Shown: positions 10,526-20,471, numbered from the stretch's first letter. The stretch is 32,000 nucleotides of DNA from Promethearchaeota archaeon (GCA_030606485.1 JAUWGH010000003.1:300001-332000), one strand, 5' to 3'. The notes: generated from the sequence alone by a model not told the origin. Numbers and translations are program-made.

Positions 10526-10535
10526 AAAAAAAAAA
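10526..10535 (-). terminator. Oligo-T terminator candidate after the thermosome gene
   Basis: A10 on + (T10 on -), about 10 nt downstream of the thermosome stop. Confidence 0.45.
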
Positions 10536-10544
10536 TCTATAGAT

Positions 10545-12203
10545 TTACATCATTCCAGGAGGCATTCCTCCCATTCCACCCATTCCACCCATTCCACCAC
10601 CTGGAGGCATTGGGGGCATAGCAGATTTTGAGCCGGCGATTATATCGTCAATACGCAGGATAAGGCTTGCCGATTCGTAAGCAGATTTTATGGCTTGTTT
10701 TTTTACAATGGTTGGTTCGATAACATTTAAATTCATCATATCTTTCTCGATTTCTCCCTTTTCCAGATCAATTCCCGCATATTTATTACCAGCTTGATGA
10801 GCAGCTCTTAATTTAACCAAAATATCAATTTGATCAAGGCCACCATTTTCAGCAAGTGTAGTCGGAACAATATCTAAACTATCGGCAAATACATCAACAG
10901 CTAATTGTTCTCTTCCTCCAAGAGTGGTTGCAAATTTTCTTAATTGAATAGCAGTCTCTACTTCTGGAGCGCCTCCACCGCCCACAATATTTTCATCTTC
11001 GATAACATCTTTAACTACGGACAAGGCATCATGTATCGCACGTTCTGCTTCATCTACAATTAATTCTGTTCCACCACGGATTAAAATCACTACTGCTTTT
11101 GGATCCTTACATTTTTCAACAAAAATCCAAGAATCTTTCATAATTTTTCTTTCTTCTACTAATCCCGCGTAACCAAGTTTGTCTTTATTTAAATCACCAA
11201 AACCTGTAAAAATCATACCACCTGTTGCTTTGGAAAGCTTTTCCAAATCCGATTTTTTGACTCTTCTTACAACTAATACTCCAGCTTTAGCCAGAAAATG
11301 TTGAGCCATATCGTCAATACCTTTCTGACAAATTATTACATTTGCACCAGTATTGATAATCTTATCCACCATATCTCGAAGCATTTTTTCCTCCTGATCA
11401 AGATATGCTTGTATCTGCTCCGGACTAGTGATTTGCAACTTACTATCAAATTCTGTTTTTTCAATCTCTATTGCCGATTGAAGCAATAAAATTTTAGCGT
11501 CTTTAATAATCTTTGGCATGCCAGGATTAACAACTTCTTTATCTAAGATAATACCTTTAATTAATTTTGTGTCATCTATACTTTCTCCTTCTTTTTTCTG
11601 AATTTGAACCTTATCTAAATCGGCTCTCCATTCTCCATTTACTTGCTCGGCAACAGAAATTATAGCCTCTACGCAAATATCTGAGAGTAAATCTCTTGAT
11701 TCTGAGACCAATTTAGAAGACATCGAAGTCATTGCTACTTTCTTGAGTATATCCTTATTATCTATAGTTGCTTTTTCTGAGATATTATCCAAAATTTCTA
11801 AACTTTTATCAGCGGCTTTTCTAAAACCTTCAGCTATTATAGTTGGATGAATTTTTTGTTCTAATAATTTTTGAGAACGTTTTAATAATTCTCCAGCAAG
11901 TATTACTGCAGTAGTTGTTCCATCTCCAACCTCTGAATCTTGAGTTTTAGCGACTTCCACCATCATCTTGGCTGCTGGGTGTTGTACGTCAATTTCTTTT
12001 AAGATTGTGGCACCATCATTCGTGATTACAATGTCGCCGAATTGGTCCACTAACATCTTATCCATTCCCTTTGGACCAAGGCTTGTTCGAATAGCCTCGG
12101 CAATTGTTATTGCAGCGGCTATGTTGTTGCTTTGAGCGTCTTTGCCTTTAGTTCTTTCAGTTCCTTCTCTTAAGATTAGAACTGGTTGACCACCTAGTTG
12201 CAC
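10545..12203 (-). CDS. ths: Thermosome (group II chaperonin) subunit
   Basis: [32 protein letters not shown] motifs and a GGM-repeat C-terminal tail. GTG start. Alpha versus beta subunit not resolvable by eye. Confidence 0.98.
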   Translation of the reverse strand: MQLGGQPVLILREGTERTKGKDAQSNNIAAAITIAEAIRTSLGPKGMDKMLVDQFGDIVITNDGATILKEIDVQHPAAKMMVEVAKTQDSEVGDGTTTAVILAGELLKRSQKLLEQKIHPTIIAEGFRKAADKSLEILDNISEKATIDNKDILKKVAMTSMSSKLVSESRDLLSDICVEAIISVAEQVNGEWRADLDKVQIQKKEGESIDDTKLIKGIILDKEVVNPGMPKIIKDAKILLLQSAIEIEKTEFDSKLQITSPEQIQAYLDQEEKMLRDMVDKIINTGANVIICQKGIDDMAQHFLAKAGVLVVRRVKKSDLEKLSKATGGMIFTGFGDLNKDKLGYAGLVEERKIMKDSWIFVEKCKDPKAVVILIRGGTELIVDEAERAIHDALSVVKDVIEDENIVGGGGAPEVETAIQLRKFATTLGGREQLAVDVFADSLDIVPTTLAENGGLDQIDILVKLRAAHQAGNKYAGIDLEKGEIEKDMMNLNVIEPTIVKKQAIKSAYESASLILRIDDIIAGSKSAMPPMPPGGGMGGMGGMGGMPPGMM

Positions 12204-12342
12204 TTTTAAATTTCATCTCTTTCTTTTAAATTTCAAAATTTTTTAATACTATTTAAATGATCTCTATGTCATATAGATTTTAAATTTTTCTCTATTTTAA
12301 CCTAGAAATATTTAATTTCAAGAGAATAAAAATTTAAAGAAG

Positions 12343-12510
12343 TTATTTTGAGCGTTCTCTTCTTTTTGGCCGTAAATCCTTACTCCGGCACAATCTACAC
12401 TTTACCGCTTTAATTGGATTATGCGCTCCACATTTTCTGCAAATTGAATGTTTAGCTATTAAATGGTAAGTTGCAATCCTCCTCTTACTTGGATCATCAA
12501 TAGGTGTCAT
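12343..12510 (-). CDS. rpl40e: 50S ribosomal protein L40e (eL40), 55 aa, not in the ORF track
   Basis: Hand translation: MTPIDDPSKRRIATYHLIAKHSICRKCGAHNPIKAVKCRLCRSKDLRPKRRERSK. CxxC...NP..A.KCR.C...LRPK is the eL40 zinc-finger signature. Confidence 0.93.
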   Translation of the reverse strand: MTPIDDPSKRRIATYHLIAKHSICRKCGAHNPIKAVKCRLCRSKDLRPKRRERSK

Positions 12511-12708
12511 TTTCGAGCACTATTTTGAAATTAATATAAAAAATATTAGATACTTTAAAAGATACTTAATAATCTATAAAATTTTCGAAATTTTCTATTT
12601 ACTCTTAAGGTAAATCAAAAATTTAATATTTGATTTTTCTTTCATTTGATTATTAATAGAGATAAATTGAGATTAATAATAGAAAAGTAGATATGGATTA
12701 GAAAGCAA

Positions 12709-12903
12709 ATGCCAAGAGAAATTTTTGATCAGAATCAATTCATAGAATTAAGTAAAGTTGCAATTCATTGTAGAGTAAAGCGTAGGAAAGAAGATGTTAA
12801 ATTAAAATTAAGGACTAAGAAGTACTTATTTACTTTTAAAACAGATTTTAAAACTGCAGAAGATCTGATAAATAAAATAGATTGTTCAATTATAGAATTG
12901 TGA
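12709..12903 (+). CDS. rpl38e: 50S ribosomal protein L38e (eL38)
   Basis: MPREI...F....RVK...VKLKLRTKKYLFTF matches eL38 (MPKEI..., VKFKVRCSRYLYTL). Confidence 0.88.
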   Translation: MPREIFDQNQFIELSKVAIHCRVKRRKEDVKLKLRTKKYLFTFKTDFKTAEDLINKIDCSIIEL

Positions 12904-12928
12904 AAGAATGTATAGAAGGTAAAAGAAA

Positions 12929-13432
12929 ATTTTAGATTTACCGGCAGATAAAACATGCATTAAATCGTCATTTTTATGTTCAAATTGTAAGCGGAAGTTA
13001 GAAAATAATGAAATTTCACAATTTGATTTAGAGATCGCAAGAGATCTTTTAGAAATAGAAGCAAAACACCCCTCATTAGAAGAGGCTTCTTTATATAGGA
13101 CTATTGATTTTGGAGATGTTGTGATTTTTATTGTAGGAAAGGGAGATAAACTTAGATATAATGGGGAGATTTTAAAATTTCTGAGAAAGAAATATGATGT
13201 TAAATATATAATATTAGTTGAAAAGACTAAAAAAATTAGACAAGTTGTAGAGAGTTTAATTTCTCCGGGTAAATTGATTGGATTAAATGAAATTTTTGTG
13301 CCTACGGGAGATGTTCAGTATAAAGCAATAATTAGTAAGATTGATAAAGACAAAATTCTTTTTACTAAAGATGAGCTTGAAGAGCTTATTGAGGAGATAT
13401 CTACTCAAATTATAAGAATTAATTTTGAATAA
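12929..13432 (+). CDS. Archaeal NusA-like (NusA2-type) protein with N-terminal Cys cluster; about 167 aa, longer than the ORF-track call 13121..13432
   Basis: The frame stays open upstream of the GTG at 13121, back to TAA at 12920-12922: ILDLPADKTCIKSSFLCSNCKRKLENNEISQFDLEIARDLLEIE... This matches the N-terminus of archaeal NusA-like proteins (LP.C..C..S..LC..C..KL..GEIS..D..IA..L). It lies directly upstream of pth2-truD, the context I recall for this family. Start codon uncertain (ATT 12929 proposed). Confidence 0.75.
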   Translation: MLDLPADKTCIKSSFLCSNCKRKLENNEISQFDLEIARDLLEIEAKHPSLEEASLYRTIDFGDVVIFIVGKGDKLRYNGEILKFLRKKYDVKYIILVEKTKKIRQVVESLISPGKLIGLNEIFVPTGDVQYKAIISKIDKDKILFTKDELEELIEEISTQIIRINFE

Positions 13433-13484
13433 ATGGATAATTTTTCTTTTTATTGATTGTTTCACTATATAGAGAGGATTTCAT

Positions 13485-13847
13485 ATGGGTGCAATTGAAT
13501 ACAAACAAGTTATTTTAATAAGGACAGATCTTGGAATGAGTGTGGGAAAGAAGTGTGTTCAATCCTGCCATGCAAGTGTTAGTTCGTCAGATTTAGTTAG
13601 AAAACGAGATAAAATAGTGTGGAAGCAGTGGATGAATACAGGTCAAAAGAAAATTGTATTAAAAATTAAAACTTTAGAAGAGTTATTATCAATTTATCGT
13701 AAAGTTTTAAAAGAAAAAATACTATGTTTTTTAGTTCAAGATGCTGGTTTAACTCAATTGGAACCTGGAACTATTACAGCTTTAGGTATTGGTCCGGCAA
13801 AATCAGATATATTAGATAAAATTAGTGGAGAACTTAAACTCTTATAA
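13485..13847 (+). CDS. pth2: Peptidyl-tRNA hydrolase, Pth2 type
   Basis: [46 protein letters not shown]. Confidence 0.97.
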   Translation: MGAIEYKQVILIRTDLGMSVGKKCVQSCHASVSSSDLVRKRDKIVWKQWMNTGQKKIVLKIKTLEELLSIYRKVLKEKILCFLVQDAGLTQLEPGTITALGIGPAKSDILDKISGELKLL

Positions 13848-13855
13848 CGATTAAA

Positions 13856-15208
13856 ATGGAAAAAATTCGACTTAGAGAAAATGAAAAATACGTTGGAATC
13901 GAATATTATGGAACCAATGAGAGAGGAATAGGGGGTATTATTAAACATAAATTTAAGGATTTTATTGTTAGGGAGATTACACGAGAAAGAAAAATATTAG
14001 AAATAAGGGAAGATCGTCCAGAGGTAGTTTTCCTACCAACAGGTAAATATACTACTTTTAATGTTACCAAGGTAAGACGAGATACATTAGAAGTATTAAA
14101 TATTATTGCACATGAACTTGGTATTCCATCCGAACATATTTCTTATTCTGGGTTAAAAGATCATCGAGCGATTACTGTTCAACAAATGTCAGTTAAAGGC
14201 AATGTAATAAATAAATTAAAAAAAATTAAAAAAAAAAACATATTTATTAGAGATATAAGGTCTACAAAACATCCCGTTAAAGTGGGAGACAATTGGGGGA
14301 ATCACTTTTCAATTGTAATTAGAAATATAGAAGGTTATCGAAAATTAAGCAGGAATATTGAAGCAATTAACCAATTTTTAAATAAATATGGGTTCCCAAA
14401 TTATTATGGCTTACAGAGATTTGGTATCTATCGCCCAAATTCTCACCTTATTGGTAAATATATTTTACAAAAGAAATACAAGGAAGCTATAGAAGAATTT
14501 CTGATGAGAATTTATTCAATTGAAGAGATAAAAAATATAGGTGGAAGGAAAGAAATTTCTGAGATTATTGAACGTATGAATTCATTTGATGAAATCCCAA
14601 GAAAATTTAAATTTGAAAAAAAAATCATTGATTACTTGGCCAAAAATGGAGAAGATTATTTTGGATGCTTATCATCTCTTTCTAAGAATATACTTAATTT
14701 AGTTATTAGTGCATATCAATCTTATTTATTTAACAAGGCTCTCTCTAGGAGAATTCAATTGGGTTATCCAAGATTTAAACCTGTAAAAGGAGATTTAATT
14801 GGTATATTAGAGGATGAAATGGGTCATTTAACAAAAATAAAGTATTTATATAATGGAAATTTAAAAAAACCTTTAAAAAAGGCATTGAAAATAGATCGAG
14901 CAGCAATTATTTCCCCAATAATAGGATATGATTCTGAATTAAACCCCTCGCATTTAATGTCTAAAATCTATTTAAAAATATTGAAGGATGAAGAAATATT
15001 AAGAGATATTTTTAACCTTCCAGAATTTTCCGCTTTAAATTTCCCCGGGACATATAGGCCCATATCTATAAAACCTAGGGGATTGAAAATTTTTAAAATC
15101 GATGATGATGATTTATTTCCAGGAAAAAAGAAAATAAGATCAGATTTTGACTTAAGAAAAGGTTCTTATGCTACTATGTTATTAAGAGAGTTCATAAAAC
15201 ATCCTTAA
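13856..15208 (+). CDS. truD: tRNA pseudouridine(13) synthase TruD
   Basis: DFIVREI, GLKDHRAITVQ (catalytic Asp), GNHFSI, GFPNYYGLQRFG, AYQSYLFN, KGSYATMLLRE. Confidence 0.96.
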   Translation: MEKIRLRENEKYVGIEYYGTNERGIGGIIKHKFKDFIVREITRERKILEIREDRPEVVFLPTGKYTTFNVTKVRRDTLEVLNIIAHELGIPSEHISYSGLKDHRAITVQQMSVKGNVINKLKKIKKKNIFIRDIRSTKHPVKVGDNWGNHFSIVIRNIEGYRKLSRNIEAINQFLNKYGFPNYYGLQRFGIYRPNSHLIGKYILQKKYKEAIEEFLMRIYSIEEIKNIGGRKEISEIIERMNSFDEIPRKFKFEKKIIDYLAKNGEDYFGCLSSLSKNILNLVISAYQSYLFNKALSRRIQLGYPRFKPVKGDLIGILEDEMGHLTKIKYLYNGNLKKPLKKALKIDRAAIISPIIGYDSELNPSHLMSKIYLKILKDEEILRDIFNLPEFSALNFPGTYRPISIKPRGLKIFKIDDDDLFPGKKKIRSDFDLRKGSYATMLLREFIKHP

Positions 15209-15239
15209 ATATTAAAAATTTATTAAGTGCAATTTTAAA

Positions 15240-16082
15240 TTAATTTAATGCTTTTCCACATCTAAAACAGAATCTTGCTCCTGCCAGTAATTGCTCTCCA
15301 CAATAAGGACAATATCCTGCGTATTCTATTGTTCCTGCTTTTGCGCTTGTTAATTGATCTGGAGGTTTTTGATAAGTATATGAGGCTAAATCTTTTAATT
15401 TTGCTAAAGAGAAATAACCGATTAATTTAAAAATTATGCCGATGATGCCTGTGATTATTAGAAAAATTAATGCCGTACATAAAGCTGCCGTCTTTAAATT
15501 TTTAGAGCCATCTATTGCTGCCTCTGAAATATATGGAGGAAACATGGAAGCATTTTCTATAAAAAAGTTATTTAAATTATCCCAAGCCTTCATTTCAATT
15601 ATCGCGGCTATCATGATTATAGCAAATACAATACCAAGAAAAATAAAGAGAATCATTATCATCTCCAAAATAGAAGATATTTCAAGTGTAGATGGGGGAT
15701 AAGGGTAAAATTTTGATATTATATCAACTAAAAAAAAACTCATCACTCCTAACAAAATCGCGAAAAGAACATTTGTAAAAATGATAGCCCCGAGTAATAA
15801 TGAATGAAATTTCGCCAAGTTATGATTATTTAGTTGTAGATTTATCCTTTTTACATTTACTAATGCACTAATATTAAAAATTAGTAAAAGTATAGATGGA
15901 ATTATTGATATTAATATTGAAACAATAAATAAAGTAGTTGAAGGTATTAAACTAAAAAAGGATAATGGTATACTTATTATTGGACCTATAATCACGATTA
16001 TTGCTACAATTCGTATTTTTCTTCCAAATTCGGAGAATTCATAATTAATATTGACATCTGACATAGTTGGATTTACCTTCAA
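15240..16082 (-). CDS. Membrane protein with C-terminal zinc ribbon (DUF973-like topology)
   Basis: Several long hydrophobic segments and a C-terminal CPYCG...ARFCFRCG. Confidence 0.75.
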   Translation of the reverse strand: MKVNPTMSDVNINYEFSEFGRKIRIVAIIVIIGPIISIPLSFFSLIPSTTLFIVSILISIIPSILLLIFNISALVNVKRINLQLNNHNLAKFHSLLLGAIIFTNVLFAILLGVMSFFLVDIISKFYPYPPSTLEISSILEMIMILFIFLGIVFAIIMIAAIIEMKAWDNLNNFFIENASMFPPYISEAAIDGSKNLKTAALCTALIFLIITGIIGIIFKLIGYFSLAKLKDLASYTYQKPPDQLTSAKAGTIEYAGYCPYCGEQLLAGARFCFRCGKALN

Positions 16083-16211
16083 TTTATATTTGAATTAAAA
16101 AATTTTGAATATTTATCATTTTGAATTTAATTTTTAATATGGGAATCACTTTATTTAAATTAAGTATTATTATAAAAAGAAATTGAATATTACTAAGAGG
16201 AACGAATATAA

Positions 16212-17534
16212 ATGTCTATGGATGAGATGGAAGACTTTAGAAAAACTCATTATACGAAAGATATAATTCCTGAGTTAATAGGAAAAGAAGTAATTCTTGG
16301 TGGCTGGGTTCAAAATTATCGTGATTTAGGAGGATTAAAATTTATCATTCTACAAGATAAATTTGGCGAACGACAAATTACATTAAAGAAAGGCGTTGTT
16401 TCTAATGGTATTTTTGATATTAAAGTAGGATATCAGTGGAATATAATGATAAAAGGTATTGTTAAAGAATTTAAAAATGCACCTGGTGGAATCGAGATAA
16501 TACCTTCCCAAATCAAGATTTTGAATAAAACTCCAGAAAAATTACCTATTGATATGACTGGAGAAACAGTTTCAGAATTGGATATTAGGTTAGATAACCG
16601 AGTTTTAGATTTAAGATCTAAGAAAAATCAAGCCATCTTTCGAATAAGGTCAGAAGTTATCAATTCAATAAGAAAATTTCTTTTAAAAAAAGATTTTACA
16701 GAAATTACAACACCAAAAATTATAGCTTCTGCAACGGAAGGTGGGACAGAACTCTTTCCAATAATATATTTTGAGGCGGAGGCATTTTTAAGTCAATCAG
16801 CTCAACTATATAAAGAACAATTATGTAGCGTTTTTGAGAACGTGTTTGAAATAAGTCCTGCCTTCAGAGCCGAAAAAAGCCATACGAAACGTCATTTATG
16901 TGAGATTTTTACGTTAGATGTTGAAATGGCTTTTGCAAATATGCAAGATGTAATAATATTACTTGAAGAAATGATTCAATTCATAATAAAAGACATTAGA
17001 GAAAAAAGATTAGATGATTTAAAAATTTTAAACATGGAAAAAAAAACAATTGTTCCTAAAATACCGTTTCCAAGATATACGTATAAAGAGATAATTGAAA
17101 AAATTTCAACCGAATTTAATATAAATGTAGAATTCGGAGAAGATATCTCAACGGAGGCTTATAGAAAATTGGGTGAAGTATTACCGGGTTATTATTTTAT
17201 AATTGATTGGCCAACATCGAGTAAGCCATTTTATATTATACCCTACAAAGATAAGCCAGAATTAACAGAATCCTTCGATTTACAAAAAGGATATCTTGAA
17301 CTCACATCTGGAGGAACGAGAGTTCATAATAAGGAATATTTAGAGAAAAGATTAGAAGAAAAGGGTTTAAACCCAATATCTTTTGAATCTCATCTAAGAA
17401 TGTTTGATTTTGGCATGCCTCCGCATGCAGGAGCTGGGTTAGGAATTGACAGATTTATAACCGTATTATGCGGTTTAGATGATATTAGAGAGGCTGTAAT
17501 GTATCCAAGAACGCCAGATCGGCTTACTCCTTAA
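16212..17534 (+). CDS. aspS: Aspartate--tRNA ligase, archaeal type, probably non-discriminating (Asp/Asn)
   Basis: OB-fold [73 protein letters not shown]. Pro in the anticodon-binding loop (KNAPGG). Confidence 0.95.
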   Translation: MSMDEMEDFRKTHYTKDIIPELIGKEVILGGWVQNYRDLGGLKFIILQDKFGERQITLKKGVVSNGIFDIKVGYQWNIMIKGIVKEFKNAPGGIEIIPSQIKILNKTPEKLPIDMTGETVSELDIRLDNRVLDLRSKKNQAIFRIRSEVINSIRKFLLKKDFTEITTPKIIASATEGGTELFPIIYFEAEAFLSQSAQLYKEQLCSVFENVFEISPAFRAEKSHTKRHLCEIFTLDVEMAFANMQDVIILLEEMIQFIIKDIREKRLDDLKILNMEKKTIVPKIPFPRYTYKEIIEKISTEFNINVEFGEDISTEAYRKLGEVLPGYYFIIDWPTSSKPFYIIPYKDKPELTESFDLQKGYLELTSGGTRVHNKEYLEKRLEEKGLNPISFESHLRMFDFGMPPHAGAGLGIDRFITVLCGLDDIREAVMYPRTPDRLTP

Positions 17535-17543
17535 AAATTTATT

Positions 17544-18455
17544 ATGAGGTTTGTTATGATCGAAGATTATTTAAAAGCTGGAAAAGCCACTGTAAGTGCA
17601 AAAAAGTTGGCACGTCAAATCACCAAACCTGGAACTCCACTAATTGAAATTTGTAATAAATGTGAAGAAAAAATAATAGAAAATGGAGCAGAACTGGCAT
17701 TTCCTTTAAATATTTCATTAAATGAAATCGCAGCCCACTATAGTTCTCCAATTGATGATCAGAGTGTAGTACCTGAAGAAGGGTTACTAAAGTTAGACTT
17801 TGGAGCGCATGTTAATGGATACATCGCTGATACAGCCATTACAATAAATCTAAACCAAGATAAAAAATTTGAAACATTTATTATAGCTGCAGAAGAAGCA
17901 TTAGAAGCAGCAATTGAAAACTTTCGACCCGGTGTTAAATTATTTGAGATAGGAGAAAAAATTTCAGAGAAGATCATTAAACATGGATTAAAACCGATAA
18001 TGAACCTTGGAGGACACAGATTATTACAATATACTTTACATGCAGGGGAATTTGTTCCTAATTTCAAAGATAAAACTCATAATCAAGAAATTCATATTGG
18101 GGATGCATATGCGATTGAACCATTTACTACAAACGGGGTCGGACGTGTAAAAGACGGAAAAAATAGTTATATTTATAGATTTCATAAAGTTATCAAAAAA
18201 AATGTATCGTATGAACTGAAAACTGCAATAAGCCAAATTAAACAAAATTTTTCTACACTTCCATTTAGCCCCCGAGCGATTTTAAAAAAAAAGTTATTAC
18301 CAAAAAATAAAATAATGCAAATTATAAATCGCTTAGCTGGTAAAGGAGCTCTTCAACATTATCCAATTCTTGTCGAAGTAAGAAATGGATTTGTCGCACA
18401 AGCAGAACATACGGTTGTGGTCAATGAAAATGAAACAATAATAACCACTAAGTAA
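17544..18455 (+). CDS. map: Methionine aminopeptidase type II
   Basis: AFPLNISLNEIAAHY, KLDFGAHVNGYIADTA, NLGGH, AIEPF, AQAEHTV. Confidence 0.97.
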   Translation: MRFVMIEDYLKAGKATVSAKKLARQITKPGTPLIEICNKCEEKIIENGAELAFPLNISLNEIAAHYSSPIDDQSVVPEEGLLKLDFGAHVNGYIADTAITINLNQDKKFETFIIAAEEALEAAIENFRPGVKLFEIGEKISEKIIKHGLKPIMNLGGHRLLQYTLHAGEFVPNFKDKTHNQEIHIGDAYAIEPFTTNGVGRVKDGKNSYIYRFHKVIKKNVSYELKTAISQIKQNFSTLPFSPRAILKKKLLPKNKIMQIINRLAGKGALQHYPILVEVRNGFVAQAEHTVVVNENETIITTK

Positions 18456-18486
18456 CAAATTATATAAATAAAATTTGAAATAAAAT

Positions 18487-19341
18487 TTGAAAAATTATAA
18501 TAAGTTATCTTTAATCATTCTCTGTGCAGGAGAAGGAAAAAGAATTCAAAAATTCTTTCCAAAAATTCCCAAATCTTTAATAAAAATAAAAAATCTCGAT
18601 AAATCAATAGTAGAATATACTATAACGCAATTTTTAAATCTAAATTTTAATAAAATTTATCTTATTTATGGATATAAAGCGAACACTTTTATCAAGTATA
18701 TTAAAGATTTGGAATCAAAAAATATAATTGATAAATTTCGCTTAAATAATTCAATAATTCCTGTAAATGCGGAAAAGAATTACCAAAAAGGATCATTTCA
18801 TTCATTTTTGGAAATTTTTAACGAACCTAATTTTACTCTCGATGATAATTTCTTCTTATTAATTCCCGGTGATACACTATTTGAAGATGAATTAATTAAG
18901 GCAATACTTGGATGCATTAAAGAAGAAATAAAGAAGAGGGTTAATATGCCAATTATTTTTTATCGTGAATTTGATAAAAATTTAATGGAAATTTATAAAT
19001 CGAAAAAATGTTTTTCTATTTCTGTTGTAAATATATTGAAGGAAAAAAATCATGAATTCTTAAAATCTATAGAGCAGATTGATATTAAATCTAATAAATT
19101 AGAAGAATCCATTTTTCAAGTGATTCCAATTTATTTCTTCCCTTCTAAATTTTTAGAAGAAATAAGAGATTCGATTGATATTAATCTGGATGACTACTCA
19201 AATTTAACAGAATTCATCAATAATGTCTATTTAAAAGAAAAACAAGTTCTTACTCTTAAAATAAATAAATCTTTAAATTTTTTTGAAGTAGATACAATAG
19301 AAGATTTACAGTTTTTAGAAGCAAATTTCAAAGTTAAATGA
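18487..19341 (+). CDS. Sugar-phosphate/choline-phosphate nucleotidyltransferase family protein
   Basis: IILCAGEGKRI...PKSLI N-terminal motif, PGD, and C-terminal EVDTIEDL. Confidence 0.8.
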   Translation: MKNYNKLSLIILCAGEGKRIQKFFPKIPKSLIKIKNLDKSIVEYTITQFLNLNFNKIYLIYGYKANTFIKYIKDLESKNIIDKFRLNNSIIPVNAEKNYQKGSFHSFLEIFNEPNFTLDDNFFLLIPGDTLFEDELIKAILGCIKEEIKKRVNMPIIFYREFDKNLMEIYKSKKCFSISVVNILKEKNHEFLKSIEQIDIKSNKLEESIFQVIPIYFFPSKFLEEIRDSIDINLDDYSNLTEFINNVYLKEKQVLTLKINKSLNFFEVDTIEDLQFLEANFKVK

Positions 19342-19487
19342 TTGGAAGATTTAAAAAAATAAAGGGGATAATAGTAGTTTTGCATTAGTAAACTTCAGAA
19401 TCATTTGAATCCTCTTTTTTTTATATAGATTTTAATGGCAATAGTGGAAATTTTGGAAGATTCTAATTCATTTATCATTCGGGGATA

Positions 19488-19516
19488 TTTGGATATATCA
19501 GGATTATATATCTAAG
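19488..19516. other. 11-7-11 imperfect inverted repeat resembling an archaeal dif/Xer site
   Basis: TTTGGATATAT-CAGGATT-ATATATCTAAG, with arms complementary at 9/11 positions. Confidence 0.35.
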
Positions 19517-19550
19517 ATTTTTTATCGAGTAGAACTTGTATTTTATAATT

Positions 19551-19824
19551 TCAGAGAAGTTAGTATTATGATTCTCTGCGTCAGAGTTTGGTAAATGTTG
19601 GGATGATTGAAAATTAATTTTTTCAGAATTTAACCATTAAACAGTGAATCAACAACTTATTCGGTTGAGGTGTATATTTGATTCTCTGTAGCCTATTTTT
19701 TTTAAGAGAGGTTTTTTTAGACGGCTTTCGGTTTGTTTTAAATGAAACTAATTTTTTAATTACTTATCTTATTGCTTATGAATCAATAACTTACATCAGA
19801 GAAGGACTTATTTGATTCTCTATA
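19551..19824. repeat. Two 46-bp end-conserved direct repeats (19645-19690, 19779-19824) plus a partial copy (19551-19578)
   Basis: Left 15 nt match 14/15 and right 16 nt match 15/16, while the central 15 nt are largely different. Each unit is bounded by the inverted repeat GAATCAA...TTGATTC. Confidence 0.7.
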
Positions 19825-20063
19825 TTAAAGTTTATTTAAGAAAGACATTTTTTTAATTGAACTTATGATTTCATTGAATAAAAGTCTAGTTTTTGGATTA
19901 ATTTTTGACGAATTTAAAGTAATAATTATCTAAGGTTCCCGAAATTTTGTTTGGATATCTAACCAATGCAAATGGATACTATTATCCAAATAATATAAGA
20001 AAATTCATATTTATAAATATTTAGTAAATATTTTAATAAGAGATTATTATATATTTTATCCAT

Positions 20064-20471
20064 ATGAGTGAAACTGAAAGTTTTGATAAAACACCAATTA
20101 ACATAAATATTTTTGACTGTGGAACGATTAAGGCATCTTTTTATAGACATTTAAGTCCTTTTTCAGTTATGGAAATTTTAGAAAAATTACCACTTACTAT
20201 TAGGGGGAGATTTAATTTTATAGGTCCGAAGACTCATTGGATGCTTTCCCAAATAGGCATATCAGTTGGGCCGGATTCAAAGTCTGGGCATTCTGTTGAT
20301 AAAGGAGATATTGTTTATTGCCCCCAGACTGACAGTGTCTATATTTTTATAGAAAATGATAAACTTCAAACAAAAATGAATAAAATGGGGAAAGTTGATA
20401 ATTTAGATGATTTAGAATTATTTAAAAGTGTCAAAAATGGAATTAATACCGAATTAAAATTAAGTAATTAA
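20064..20471 (+). CDS. Cyclophilin-like fold protein (DUF369/TM1367-like)
   Basis: SP.SV..ILEKLPL...R, VDKGDIVYCPQTDSVYIF, and a terminal (K)MGKV pattern. Confidence 0.7.
   Translation: MSETESFDKTPININIFDCGTIKASFYRHLSPFSVMEILEKLPLTIRGRFNFIGPKTHWMLSQIGISVGPDSKSGHSVDKGDIVYCPQTDSVYIFIENDKLQTKMNKMGKVDNLDDLELFKSVKNGINTELKLSN

Noticed and set aside
10548-10620. 9-bp tandem repeats (CATTCCACC)x3
   Set aside because: They encode the normal GGM tail of chaperonins.
14228-14238. A11 tract inside truD as a possible phase-variation site
   Set aside because: The frame is intact, and Lys-codon A-runs are common in this AT-rich genome.
19339-19362. TGA stop of the nucleotidyltransferase followed by a short open frame (possible Sec read-through)
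   Set aside because: The protein is already complete after its EVDTIEDL motif, the extension is only six codons, and the position is not a redox-Cys site.
19435-19515. 26-codon ORF MAIVEILEDSNSFIIRGYLDISGLYI
   Set aside because: Too short to support without homologs, and no clear RBS. Noted only as an alternative explanation for the dif-like site.
19700-19800. Hammerhead-like words on the minus strand (CTGATG..., CGAAA)
   Set aside because: The core is not CUGANGA and the three flanking stems cannot be built.
19551-19824. Possible degenerate CRISPR array
   Set aside because: Only two full units, irregular spacing of 110 and 134 bp, variability inside the unit rather than between units, and no cas genes. 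Kept only as an unexplained repeat.
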